NCBI GenBank assembly: GCA_963701285.1
Contig: OY969584.1
Location: forward strand, 2,263,709 to 2,327,708
Origin: an uncultured Chloroflexia bacterium
GTDB taxonomy: Bacteria > Chloroflexota > Dehalococcoidia > SM23-28-2
DNA: 64,000 bases
Direction: 5' to 3'
Under the pieces are notes generated by a model, which ran no database searches, had not been told where the DNA came from, and was given only the letters and a program-made list of their open reading frames with translations. Positions 54,977-63,825 of this stretch are shown piece after piece (the first letter of the stretch is position 1; every line of letters begins with the position of its first letter). The translations under genes and the position numbers were made by a program.

Positions 54977-55831
54977 GTGTCACCTAAGGGCCATTCCACC
55001 AAACGAGCGGTGAGGAATGCAGTCTCGAAACTTCTCGCGCGCGCGGGTATTCGGGAGGCGCCCGTCGACCTCTGCCGCGTAGCGCGGGTGCAGGGGGTCC
55101 TCCGCATCGAGGACGCCGACCTAGGAAACGTGGACGCCTGCATTATACCGTGCGAAGGAGGATTCGCCATCAAGGTCAACCGAGACGCGCCCGAGCGGCG
55201 GCGCCGGTTCTCCCTCGCGCACGAGATCGGCCACACTCTTCTCAAAGACGCGCCCACCGGCTGCAAGTACAGACACCTGACGACTAGAGCCAACGTGCGC
55301 CGCCCCGCCAATCACCGGCGGGAGGAGAGAATCTGTGACTTCGCCGCAGCTGAGATCCTCATGCCGGAGTCACTGTTCCGCCCCTGGCTTGCGGGAAGGG
55401 CGATGTCAATCCGTGCGATAGAGGCCGCTGCTACCCACTTCGAAGTCTCCAGGCAAGCGGCGGCAATTCGCCTGGCCGAGTCGTCCGAAGCGCCCGCCGA
55501 GGTAGTCTGCTGGAAGCCCCGGGGTTCAGTGCTAGAAGCCGCGTGGTTCAGCGGATTCAGGCACTTTAGCCAGTACGCCTCGCAGGACGAAATGTCGCGG
55601 GCGTTCACCGACCTCGAATCGGCCCCCGTCCGCGCACTTTGGTCGTCGCGGACAGCAATCAGCAACGACGAGCCGGTCCGGGCCGAGGGCAGGGGGCCCA
55701 AGTTCTACTGCGAGTCTAAGGCCTTCGGCACGGGAGAGCACCGCTACGTGCTGTCGGTGATAAAGGAACGTCTGACACCAAAGCAGTTCGAAGGCCTTAT
55801 GACAGTCATGGCACACCGCCTCGGCGGCTGA
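54977..55831 (+). CDS. ImmA/IrrE family (COG2856, DUF955) zinc metallopeptidase
   Basis: GTG start 15 nt after the XRE stop, with an AGGTGG RBS. HEIGH (HExxH) lies about 80 residues in, with a downstream ICDFAAAEILMPESLF motif typical of ImmA/IrrE. Length of about 284 aa matches Deinococcus IrrE. The track ORF at 54752 reads in from upstream. Confidence 0.7.
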   Translation: MSPKGHSTKRAVRNAVSKLLARAGIREAPVDLCRVARVQGVLRIEDADLGNVDACIIPCEGGFAIKVNRDAPERRRRFSLAHEIGHTLLKDAPTGCKYRHLTTRANVRRPANHRREERICDFAAAEILMPESLFRPWLAGRAMSIRAIEAAATHFEVSRQAAAIRLAESSEAPAEVVCWKPRGSVLEAAWFSGFRHFSQYASQDEMSRAFTDLESAPVRALWSSRTAISNDEPVRAEGRGPKFYCESKAFGTGEHRYVLSVIKERLTPKQFEGLMTVMAHRLGG

Positions 55832-55860
55832 CGCCGCCGTTAGAAGGGAGACGACCCGTC

Positions 55861-58236
55861 ATGACCACGACCTCCGACCGCCGCCTCGTGGAGAAGCGCC
55901 ACCGCCGGCCCATCGAGTTCTCGCCCAACGCCCACGTCGTCCTGGAGCGCCGCTACCTGGCCAAGGACGACCAGGGGGCACCCGCCGAGTCGCCCGAAGA
56001 CCTCATCGCCCGCGTGGCCTACAACCTGGCCGAGGCGGAGCTCAACTACAAGCCCCTGGAGGACTTCGACGCCGCCTCCCAGTGGGGAGAGCGCTTCTAC
56101 GAGCTCATGGCCGCGCTCGACTTCCTACCGAACTCGCCCACCCTCATGAACGCCGGCCGCGAGCTCCAGCAGCTCGCCGCCTGCTTCGTGATCCCCGTCT
56201 CCGACTCCATCGACGGCATCTTCGACGCCCTCAAGGCCGCCGCCCTCATCCATAAGTCCGGCGGCGGCACCGGCTTCGGCTTCAGCCGCCTGCGCCCCGA
56301 GGGCGACCGCGTCCAGTCGACCATGGGCATCGCCTCCGGGCCGGTCTCCTTCATGAAGGTGTTCGACGCCGCCACCGAGCAGATCAAGCAGGGCGGCACC
56401 CGTCGCGGCGCCAACATGGCCATCCTCTCCGTCAGTCACCCCGACATCGAGGACTTCATCGACCTCAAAGCCGACATGACCAGCCTCACCAACTTCAACA
56501 TCTCCGTGGGGGCCAGCGAGGCCTTCATGGAGGCGGTGAAGCACGAGCGCGACTGGCCGCTGGTTAACCCCCGCTCCGGCGAGGTGGCCCGCAAGGTCTC
56601 GGCCCGCGTCCTCTTCCGCAAGATCGTGGAGAACGCCTGGCGCAACGGCGACCCCGGCCTCGTCTTCCTCGACCGCATGAACCGCGCCCACACCTGCCCC
56701 AACCTGGGGGAGATCGAGGCCACCAACCCCTGCGGCGAGGTGCCCCTACCGCCCTGGGGCGTCTGTACCCTCGGCTCCATCAACCTCTCCCATTTCGTCG
56801 TCGGCGACGGCCAGAAGAAGGTCGATTTCGACCGCCTGGCCCAGCTGGTGCCGCTGGCCGTCCGCTTCCTAGACAACGTCATCGACATGAACCGCTATCC
56901 GCTGTCCCAGATCCGCGATACCGCCCAGAAGGCTCGCAAGATCGGCCTGGGGGTCATGGGTTTCGCCGACATGCTCTTCCAGCTGCGCATCCCCTATGCT
57001 TCCGACGAGGCGCTGAAGGTGGGCGAGGCCGTCATGCGCTTCATCCAGCAGAAGGCCAACGAGGCCTCGTTGGCCCTGGGCGAGGAGCGCGGCGTCTTCC
57101 CTGCCTGGGAAGGCTCCGTCTATGACCCCACCACCGGCGACCCTCGCAGCGGGCCTCGCTACCGCAACTCCAGCCGCACCACCATCGCCCCCACCGGCAC
57201 CATCTCCATCATCGCCGACTGCTCCTCGGGCATCGAGCCGCTGTTCGCGCTGGCCTTCACCCGCCAGCACTTCCTCGACCCCAAGGACCCCTCAAAGCTC
57301 ACCCAGCTCACCGAGGTCAACCGGCACTTCCTCCAGGTGGCCAAGGAGGAAGGCTTCTACTCGGAGGAGCTCATGGAGTACCTGGCGGGCGGCGGCAAGG
57401 TATCCGAGCGGCCGGAGGTGCCCCAGTGGGTGAAGGACGTCTTCGTGACCGCCCACGACATCTCCCCCGAGTGGCACGTGCGCATGCAGGGCGCCTTCCA
57501 GAAGCACACCGACGACGCCGTCTCCAAGACCATCAACTTCCCCATCGAGGCCACGGTGGACGACGTGGGCAAGGCCTACTGGCTGGCCTACGAGCTGGGG
57601 TGCAAGGGCATCACCATCTACCGCGAGGGCTCCCGCGACTGGTCCGTCCTCTCCCACGCCGTGGTCAACGTGAAGGGCCCCGAGCAGGAGCCGGAGGCCG
57701 TGGTCACCGAGACCGTGGGCGCGGTGCGCCCCGGCCCCTATCGCCGCCGCCTCCCCGACGAGCGCCAGTCCATCACCCACAAGTTCGCCGTGGGCGAGCA
57801 GGAGGGCTACCTGACCGTCGGCCTCTACGAGGACGGCCGGCCGGGGGAGATCTTCGTCAAGATCGCCAAGGAGGGCTCCACCGTCTCCGGCCTCATGGAC
57901 TCCGTGGCCCTGCTGACCTCCGTCTCCATGCAGTACGGCGTGCCGCTGGAGGACCTGGCCCGCAAGCTGAAGAACACCCGCTTCGAGCCCTACGGCCGCA
58001 CCAACAACAAGAGTATCCCCTGGTCCACGTCGCTGGTGGACTACATCTTCCGCTGGCTGGAGCTGAAGTTCGTGCCGGGGGCCGCCCACAGCCACGACCC
58101 GCTGCCCAAGTACGAGAACGGGATGCCCGTCTCGCCCGATAGCTCCGGCCTGGGCTGCCCGGACTGCGGCAGCATCCTGATCTACCAGGAGGGCTGCCTC
58201 GTCTGCCGGGCCTGTGGGTACAACAAGTGCGGATAG
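55861..58236 (+). CDS. nrdJ: adenosylcobalamin-dependent ribonucleoside-diphosphate reductase (class II, NrdJ)
   Basis: 791-aa ORF with class II RNR motifs (PTLMNAG, NPCGEVPLPPWGVCTLGSINLS, radical Cys loop) and a C-terminal CPDCGS...CLVCRACG zinc ribbon. Confidence 0.9.
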   Translation: MTTTSDRRLVEKRHRRPIEFSPNAHVVLERRYLAKDDQGAPAESPEDLIARVAYNLAEAELNYKPLEDFDAASQWGERFYELMAALDFLPNSPTLMNAGRELQQLAACFVIPVSDSIDGIFDALKAAALIHKSGGGTGFGFSRLRPEGDRVQSTMGIASGPVSFMKVFDAATEQIKQGGTRRGANMAILSVSHPDIEDFIDLKADMTSLTNFNISVGASEAFMEAVKHERDWPLVNPRSGEVARKVSARVLFRKIVENAWRNGDPGLVFLDRMNRAHTCPNLGEIEATNPCGEVPLPPWGVCTLGSINLSHFVVGDGQKKVDFDRLAQLVPLAVRFLDNVIDMNRYPLSQIRDTAQKARKIGLGVMGFADMLFQLRIPYASDEALKVGEAVMRFIQQKANEASLALGEERGVFPAWEGSVYDPTTGDPRSGPRYRNSSRTTIAPTGTISIIADCSSGIEPLFALAFTRQHFLDPKDPSKLTQLTEVNRHFLQVAKEEGFYSEELMEYLAGGGKVSERPEVPQWVKDVFVTAHDISPEWHVRMQGAFQKHTDDAVSKTINFPIEATVDDVGKAYWLAYELGCKGITIYREGSRDWSVLSHAVVNVKGPEQEPEAVVTETVGAVRPGPYRRRLPDERQSITHKFAVGEQEGYLTVGLYEDGRPGEIFVKIAKEGSTVSGLMDSVALLTSVSMQYGVPLEDLARKLKNTRFEPYGRTNNKSIPWSTSLVDYIFRWLELKFVPGAAHSHDPLPKYENGMPVSPDSSGLGCPDCGSILIYQEGCLVCRACGYNKCG

Positions 58237-58284
58237 GGTAGCCCACCGCTGACGCGGGCAGGCAGGCAACTGGGAGCTAAGGCC

Positions 58285-58842
58285 ATGCAGGACAAGGTCG
58301 CGTACATCAAGTTCTTTGCTGGTGTGGATCAGACGTCTATCAGCGCGCTCATGACGGCCGTTGAGCACAAACTGGCCCAGGGCGCCAGGGAGTTCGTCCT
58401 GCTCATATCATCGCCCGGCGGCACCGTGTTCCACGGGCTCTCTGCTTACAACTTCCTCAAGGGCATCCCCGCCAGGGTTACGACCCACAACTTCGGGAGC
58501 GTAGACTCCATCGGTGTCGTCCTGTTCTGCTCCGGCGCCCGCCGGTTCAGTGTGCCCCACGCGAGGTTTCTGTTGCACGGTGTCCAGGCGAACTTCCCCC
58601 AGGGAGCCAGCCTGGAGGAGAAACAACTCGAGGAGCGCCTGAAAGGCCTCAGGATCGACAGTGAGAACATAGCAGGAGTAATCGCCGCCAACACCGGGAA
58701 GTCAGAGGAATCCGTAACCGAGGACATGCTGAGCAGGACGACACTGAACCCCGAGCAGGCGGTCGCCTACGGCCTGGTGCACGAGATCAAGGAGCAGCTG
58801 CTGCCCGCAGGCGCCGAGCTAGTATCCATCGGTCAGGGGTAG
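58285..58842 (+). CDS. ClpP/S14-family (ClpP-like, crotonase-fold) serine peptidase homologue
   Basis: LISSPGGTVFHG (compare ClpP INSPGG), Ser in GSVDSIG, His in RFLLHGV and a C-terminal LNPEQAVAYGLVHEI (compare ClpP EAveYGLID). 185 aa with GC slightly below the flanks. Confidence 0.6.
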   Translation: MQDKVAYIKFFAGVDQTSISALMTAVEHKLAQGAREFVLLISSPGGTVFHGLSAYNFLKGIPARVTTHNFGSVDSIGVVLFCSGARRFSVPHARFLLHGVQANFPQGASLEEKQLEERLKGLRIDSENIAGVIAANTGKSEESVTEDMLSRTTLNPEQAVAYGLVHEIKEQLLPAGAELVSIGQG

Positions 58843-59056
58843 CTAGGAGTCATCGCCATAACCTATACGACGATTCCTTCACCACCTACCGGAAGAGGTA
58901 CACCAGGGGCCGGGTCCGCCCTCGCGCCCCACCACCCGCAGCGCCTGACGCCCGCCGCCCCCTACGACCCTCCGCCCCCGCCCCCACGCACCGCCCACCC
59001 TCTTCGCCCCGCCGCGTCCACCCCCGCGCCGCATCAATTGACACCCGCATAGCGTG

Positions 59057-59084
59057 GTTTTATTATGTAAATGAGCGGCGGTGC
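59057..59084 (+). promoter_or_regulatory. sigma70-like promoter (TTGACA-16-TATTAT) for the small membrane protein gene
   Basis: aaTTGACAcccgcatagcgtggtttTATTATgtaaat in an AT-enriched patch. Confidence 0.5.
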
Positions 59085-59104
59085 GACAAGCCCCCGCCAA
59101 AAAT

Positions 59105-59138
59105 GACGAGCGGCGGTCTGCCGGCCTACCGCCGCTCG
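59105..59138 (+). other. 12-bp perfect hairpin in the 5' leader (possible attenuator or RNA structure)
   Basis: acgagcggcggt-ctgccggcct-accgccgctcgt followed by a pyrimidine-rich guucuucccuu. It sits about 40 nt after the predicted TSS and 80 nt before the start codon. Confidence 0.4.
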
Positions 59139-59219
59139 TGTTCTTCCCTTCGCCACCAGCGAAGCGCTGACAACCTCCCGCCCGCGCCATACGATAGACC
59201 CCGGAGGCCTGCGCCCGCC

Positions 59220-59444
59220 ATGTACCCATCCGGCAACCGCCCGTCCCTCTGGACCGAGTTCTGGCTCCTCACCCGCGCCGTCTACGCCATCCTCTTCTGG
59301 CCGGTGCTGGCGCTGGTCGCCCTGATCCTGGGCCTGCTGGCCTTTTTCTACCTATTCGCCACCTATTGGGCCTTCGCCCTCCTGGCCGCGGGCGCCTTCG
59401 CCCTGGCCGCGGGCGCCTTCGCCTGGTGGGAGCGCCGCCGTTGA
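59220..59444 (+). CDS. small 2-TM membrane protein with an in-frame perfect 21-bp tandem duplication
   Basis: GGAGG RBS 12 nt upstream. MYPSGNRPSLWTEFWLLTRAVYAILFWPVLALVALILGLLAFFYLFATYWAFALLAAGAFALAAGAFAWWERRR. The unit ctggccgcgggcgccttcgcc occurs at 59382-59402 and 59403-59423. Confidence 0.55.
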   Translation: MYPSGNRPSLWTEFWLLTRAVYAILFWPVLALVALILGLLAFFYLFATYWAFALLAAGAFALAAGAFAWWERRR

Positions 59445-59616
59445 CAGATTGGCGACCTATCCAGCGCTCTAGTCACCTCCCGCGTCGCAGAGTGCGCTTG
59501 CCGTAACATCGTAGGCACGCGCGCGTCCTACATTTGGGTGTCACGTCACACGTGGCCTCGCTGCACCTGTAGACCCGCTGGAAGACTTGGAGGCGCATCA
59601 TCAGATCGGCGCGAGG

Positions 59617-61600
59617 ATGGGCGACGCTGACGGTCGGCCTGGTACTGGTCCTGCTGATCGCGACCACTGTCTCGGCGCTCCTCGCCACGCGTCAGCAGCA
59701 GTCGCATCTCCAGTCGCTGGAAGCGACTTCCCTCTATGCCAACGCTCTGGAAGCCGCCCGCAGCGAGTTCCTGGCTGCCACGGGTGACCTGGCGGGTGCT
59801 GCAGTGACCCGAGACCAGGACCTCTTCCTCCGGTACGACACGGATTTCGGCCTGGCCCGCGAGGACTTGGCGCGTGCTCGGGCCATCGCCCTATCCGAGG
59901 GCACAGACGCCGACGTTGCTACGGTGGATGATTTGATCGCGAGAACGGACTCCTACGACCAGCAGATTCGAGACGCTCTTGCGCTGTACCTGGCCGAAGG
60001 TGAGCAAGCGGTAACTGAGGCGGCGTCCCCCCTCATAGACGGCGCCATTCAACTTACCGAAGACCTCCGTGCGTTGGTCATACGACAGGAAGCGTCGGTA
60101 TCTGCCCAGCGGGAGGCGGCGGCGCGGACCTCAGACCGTTCGTTCCAAGTGCAGCTGATCCTGGGCGTCGTCGCCCTAATGGCGGGAACCCTGGCCGGCG
60201 CCACGCTCGTCGGCAGAACCCGGCAGTTGGAGCACAACATAGAGCGACGCACTAAGGCCGAGGCCAGGATAAGGCACCTGGCGCATCACGACGCTCTCAC
60301 CAATCTGCCCAACCGGACTCTGCTGGAGGAGCGTCTCGCCGATGCCTTGGCTGAGGCAGGCCGCAAGGGCAATATGCTTGCCCTGCTACACCTCGACCTG
60401 GACCGCTTCAAGCGGGTCAATGACGTCGTCGGACACGCCTTGGGAGACCACATGTTGCAGGCCGTCGTTGAGCGACTGACGGCCATCGCGCCCGACGCCG
60501 ACATGGTCGCTCGCGTCGGAGGCGACGAGTTCACGATACTGTTGCCGGAGATCTCCAGGGCCCAGGACGCGGTTGACGTCGCCAACAGGGCCCTCGAAGC
60601 CCTTAGACAACCGCTGACGGTGGACCATCGCGAATTCCACACGACAGCGAGCATGGGGATCTCCTTCTACCCCAACGACGCCGACGAAACCGACACCCTC
60701 CTGAGGAATGCCGACATCGCCATGTACCGAGCCAAGGAGCAAGGGAGGGACAACTACCAGCTTTATGCTCCCGCCATGCATGCCCAAATTGCCGAGCGGA
60801 TGACCCTGGAAAACGAACTGCGGCGCGCTTTGGAGCACGGGGAGCTTGTGGTCTACTACCAGCCGCAGGTGGAGATAGCCAACGGGCGGATCGTCGGCGT
60901 GGAGGCCCTGGTGCGTTGGCAGCACCCCCAGCGAGGGCTCATGCTCCCCGGAGACTTCATCCCCCTGGCGGAAGAGTCCGGCCTGATCGTACCGCTGGGG
61001 ACATGGGTGCTGCGCACCGCCTGCGCCCAAGCCAAGGCGTGGCAGGAAGCCGGCCTTCCCCCCATTCGCGTCGGCGTGAACCTCTCGGCGCGGCAGTTCC
61101 AGCAGGGAAATCCCTCGGAGGTGGTGGAACTGGCCCTGCAGGAGACTGGCCTCGACGCTCATTGCCTGCAACTGGAGATCACCGAGACCGTCGCGATGCA
61201 GGACATAGACTTCACCATCGCCACGCTGAGCAACCTCAAGAAGATGGGAGTTCAGGTCGCCATAGATGATTTTGGCACCGGCCATTCTTCCCTGAACTAC
61301 GTGAAACGCCTGCCTATCGATGAAGTGAAGATAGACCGGTCCTTCGTGCGCGATCTCACCACCGATTCCAACGATGCGGCGATAGTTGGCAGCGTTGTCG
61401 CGATGACGCACAAGCTGCACCTCAAGGCGCTCGCCGAAGGTGTCGAGACGGAAGAGCAACTCGCCTTCCTGAAGAAACGAGGCTGTGACCTGGTGCAAGG
61501 GTTCCTCTTCGCCAGGCCGATGCCCGCTGAGGCTGTCGAGAAGATGATCGCCCAGGGAACAGTCCTCCGAGTGCCTGCCCTGCGTCACAAGTCTGTCTAA
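59617..61600 (+). CDS. GGDEF-EAL (diguanylate cyclase/phosphodiesterase) protein with an N-terminal membrane-anchored sensor region; the start is ambiguous and likely carries an indel
   Basis: GGDEF site VGGDEFTILL with RxxD. The EAL domain has EALVRW, QLEITE, DDFGTG and EGVETEEQ. In the coding frame the open stretch begins at 59573 and encodes a TM helix (WATLTVGLVLVLLIATTVSALLA) but has no ATG, GTG or TTG. The only nearby ATG (59617) is in the -1 frame. A second TM helix is QVQLILGVVALMAGTLAGATLVG. The track ORF starts at a GTG at 59804. Confidence 0.8.
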
Positions 61601-61709
61601 CCCACCGTCACCTGCCCGACCCTCGCTCAACACCCGCCCGCCGGGCCCGGATGCCTCCTCGCGGTGAGCCAGCCGCGCCCGATAGCTGCCGTGCTATCAT
61701 GGCTCCAGG

Positions 61710-62378
61710 ATGCGCCTCGCCACCATCGCCGAAAGGATCGCCCACGTGCGCGAGCGCGTGCAGGGCGCCGCCGAGCGCGCCGGCCGCTCGCCCGCCGACG
61801 TGACCATCGTGGCGGTGAGCAAGTCCGTCGCGCCCCAGGCAATCGAGGAAGCGGCGGCCGCCGGCATCGCTCATCTGGGCGAGAGCCGGGTGCAGGAGGC
61901 AGCCGCCAAGATCCCCGGCCTCCGCGAGCTGTCCGTCACCTGGCACCTGGTAGGCCACCTCCAGACCAACAAGGCAAAGACAGCCCTGGAGCTCTTTGAT
62001 ATAATCCACAGCGTGGATTCGCTCCATCTGGCCGAGATCCTCTCCCAGCGCGCCCAGCGGCCCCTGCCCGTTTTCCTCGAAGTCAACGTGACCGGCGAGG
62101 CGAGCAAGCTCGGCTTCCCGCCCGAGGATGTAGCCGCCGCGGCGCAGGCCGTCGCCCGTCTGCCCCGTCTCGACCTGCGTGGCCTCATGACCGTCGCCCC
62201 CTGGGTACGCGACCCGGAGGCGGTGCGGCCCGTGTTCCGCCGGTTGCGTCGCCTGCGCGACGCCATTAGCCTGCGCGAGCTGTCCATCGGCATGAGCGAC
62301 GACTTCGAAGTGGCCATCGAGGAAGGCGCGACGCTGGTGCGCATCGGGCGGGCCATCTTTGGCGAGAGGACGCCCTGA
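61710..62378 (+). CDS. yggS: YggS family pyridoxal-phosphate homeostasis protein (PLPBP)
   Basis: TIVAVSKSV (PLP Lys) ... HLVGHLQTNKAK ... LSIGMSDDFEVAIEEGATLVRIGRAIFG. 222 aa. Confidence 0.9.
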   Translation: MRLATIAERIAHVRERVQGAAERAGRSPADVTIVAVSKSVAPQAIEEAAAAGIAHLGESRVQEAAAKIPGLRELSVTWHLVGHLQTNKAKTALELFDIIHSVDSLHLAEILSQRAQRPLPVFLEVNVTGEASKLGFPPEDVAAAAQAVARLPRLDLRGLMTVAPWVRDPEAVRPVFRRLRRLRDAISLRELSIGMSDDFEVAIEEGATLVRIGRAIFGERTP

Positions 62379-62379
62379 A

Positions 62380-63192
62380 ATGCGCCTGGCCGTCATCGGC
62401 GCCGGCGTCATGGGCGAGGCCGTCATCGCCGCCCTGCTGCGGCGTGGCCTGGCCCAGCCGGCCGACATCACCGCCTGCGATGTCGTTGCCCAGCGGCGAG
62501 AGCACCTGTCCCAGGCCTACGGCATCCCCATTGCCGAGCAGGCGGCCAGCGCCGCCGGCGGCGTCGACCTGGTCGTGCTGGCGGTGAAACCGCAGGAGTT
62601 CCCCGCCGTCGCCGACGAGCTGCGCGGCCGGCTCGCGGCCGGCCAGACCGCCGTCTCCATCATGGCCGGCGTCAGCCTGACCGCCCTCCGCGACGGGCTG
62701 GGCCACGACGCCATCGTCCGCGCCATGCCCAACACGCCCGCTCAGATCGGCGAGGGCATGGTCGTCTGGACGGCCACGGAGGCCGTGGGCGCCGCCGCCC
62801 GCGAGGACGTCCGCCGCACCCTAGCCGCTCTGGGCCAGGAGCTCTACGTAGCAGAAGAGAAGTACGTGGACATGGCCACCGCCGTCAGTGGCAGCGGCCC
62901 GGCTTTCGTCTTTCTGATGATGGAGGCGATGGTCGACGCCGCCGTCCACATCGGCCTGCGGCGCGAGATGGCCACCGCCATGGTCCTCCAGACCGTACTG
63001 GGATCGGCCCGCTACGCCCAGGCCACCGGCCGCCACCCGGCCGATCTGCGCAACCAGGTGACCTCGCCCGGCGGCACCACCGCCGAGGGGCTACTAGCGC
63101 TGGAGGAGGCAGGCCTGCGCGCCGCCTTCGCTCAGGCCATCATCGCCGCCTATGAGCGGGCGAAGCAGCTGGGAGGAGCGACGACACGCTAG
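62380..63192 (+). CDS. proC: pyrroline-5-carboxylate reductase
   Basis: MRLAVIGAGVMGEAV Rossmann motif and a C-terminal P5CR dimerisation domain (SPGGTTAEGL). The ATG at 62380 is 1 nt after the yggS stop. Confidence 0.9.
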   Translation: MRLAVIGAGVMGEAVIAALLRRGLAQPADITACDVVAQRREHLSQAYGIPIAEQAASAAGGVDLVVLAVKPQEFPAVADELRGRLAAGQTAVSIMAGVSLTALRDGLGHDAIVRAMPNTPAQIGEGMVVWTATEAVGAAAREDVRRTLAALGQELYVAEEKYVDMATAVSGSGPAFVFLMMEAMVDAAVHIGLRREMATAMVLQTVLGSARYAQATGRHPADLRNQVTSPGGTTAEGLLALEEAGLRAAFAQAIIAAYERAKQLGGATTR

Positions 63193-63245
63193 CCAGCTTC
63201 GTCCTCATCCTCACCCAGGTCCTCACCGCGGCCATCTTCTTCCGG

Positions 63246-63431
63246 GTGCTGCTCTCCTGGTTCCCGATTGACCCCCGCAACCCGCTGGTGATCCTCCTCT
63301 ACGACATCACCGAGCCCATCCTCGAGCCCTTGCGCCGCGTCATCCCCCGCCTGGGGATGTTCGACATCAGCCCGATTGTGGCCATCCTCCTAATCCAGGT
63401 GATCGGGAGGGCGGCGGCCAACGCCCTCTGA
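63246..63431 (+). CDS. yggT: YggT family membrane protein (possibly N-terminally truncated or with an unresolved start)
   Basis: (V/M)LLSWFPIDPRNPLVILLYDITEPILEPLRRVIPRLGMFDISPIVAILLIQVI is the YggT core. The frame is open upstream to 63156 and encodes a plausible first TM (SFVLILTQVLTAAIFFR), but there is no start codon there. Confidence 0.7.
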   Translation: MLLSWFPIDPRNPLVILLYDITEPILEPLRRVIPRLGMFDISPIVAILLIQVIGRAAANAL

Positions 63432-63439
63432 CAGCCGGC

Positions 63440-63724
63440 CTACTCGACCGCCTTGCCGAACTCCGCGGTGGGGATGGCTGTCATCGTCTCATAGCGGATG
63501 TTGCCGCCCGAGGCCTCGCGAGTGAGGATACGCAGCGCCACCTTCTCGTCCGGCGCCTCCAGCACGACCACGAAGTCGTAGTGGCCCATGACGGCGTAGC
63601 TGCCGATGACCTTGCCGCCCAGGGCCTCGGCGCGCTTCACCGCCTGCTGGTGGCGGTCGGCCACGGCGGTCAGGTTCTTCAGCCCCTCGTCGGTGGACTT
63701 GCCCAGAGCAACGTAGACCGGCAT
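63440..63724 (-). CDS. GYD domain protein
   Basis: MPVYVALGKSTDEGLKNLTAVADRHQQAVKRAEALGGKVIGSYAVMGHYDFVVVLEAPDE... is the GYD family signature. The internal ATG at 63724 is more plausible than the track start at 63760. Confidence 0.75.
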   Translation of the reverse strand: MPVYVALGKSTDEGLKNLTAVADRHQQAVKRAEALGGKVIGSYAVMGHYDFVVVLEAPDEKVALRILTREASGGNIRYETMTAIPTAEFGKAVE

Positions 63725-63825
63725 TGTTTTGCTCCTCCCGCGCACACTTAATAGGGACAACCGTGCCCCATCTTACAACCGGCGGTCAAGCGGGCGAGAT
63801 GCCATTCCACGTGCCACCAAAACAC

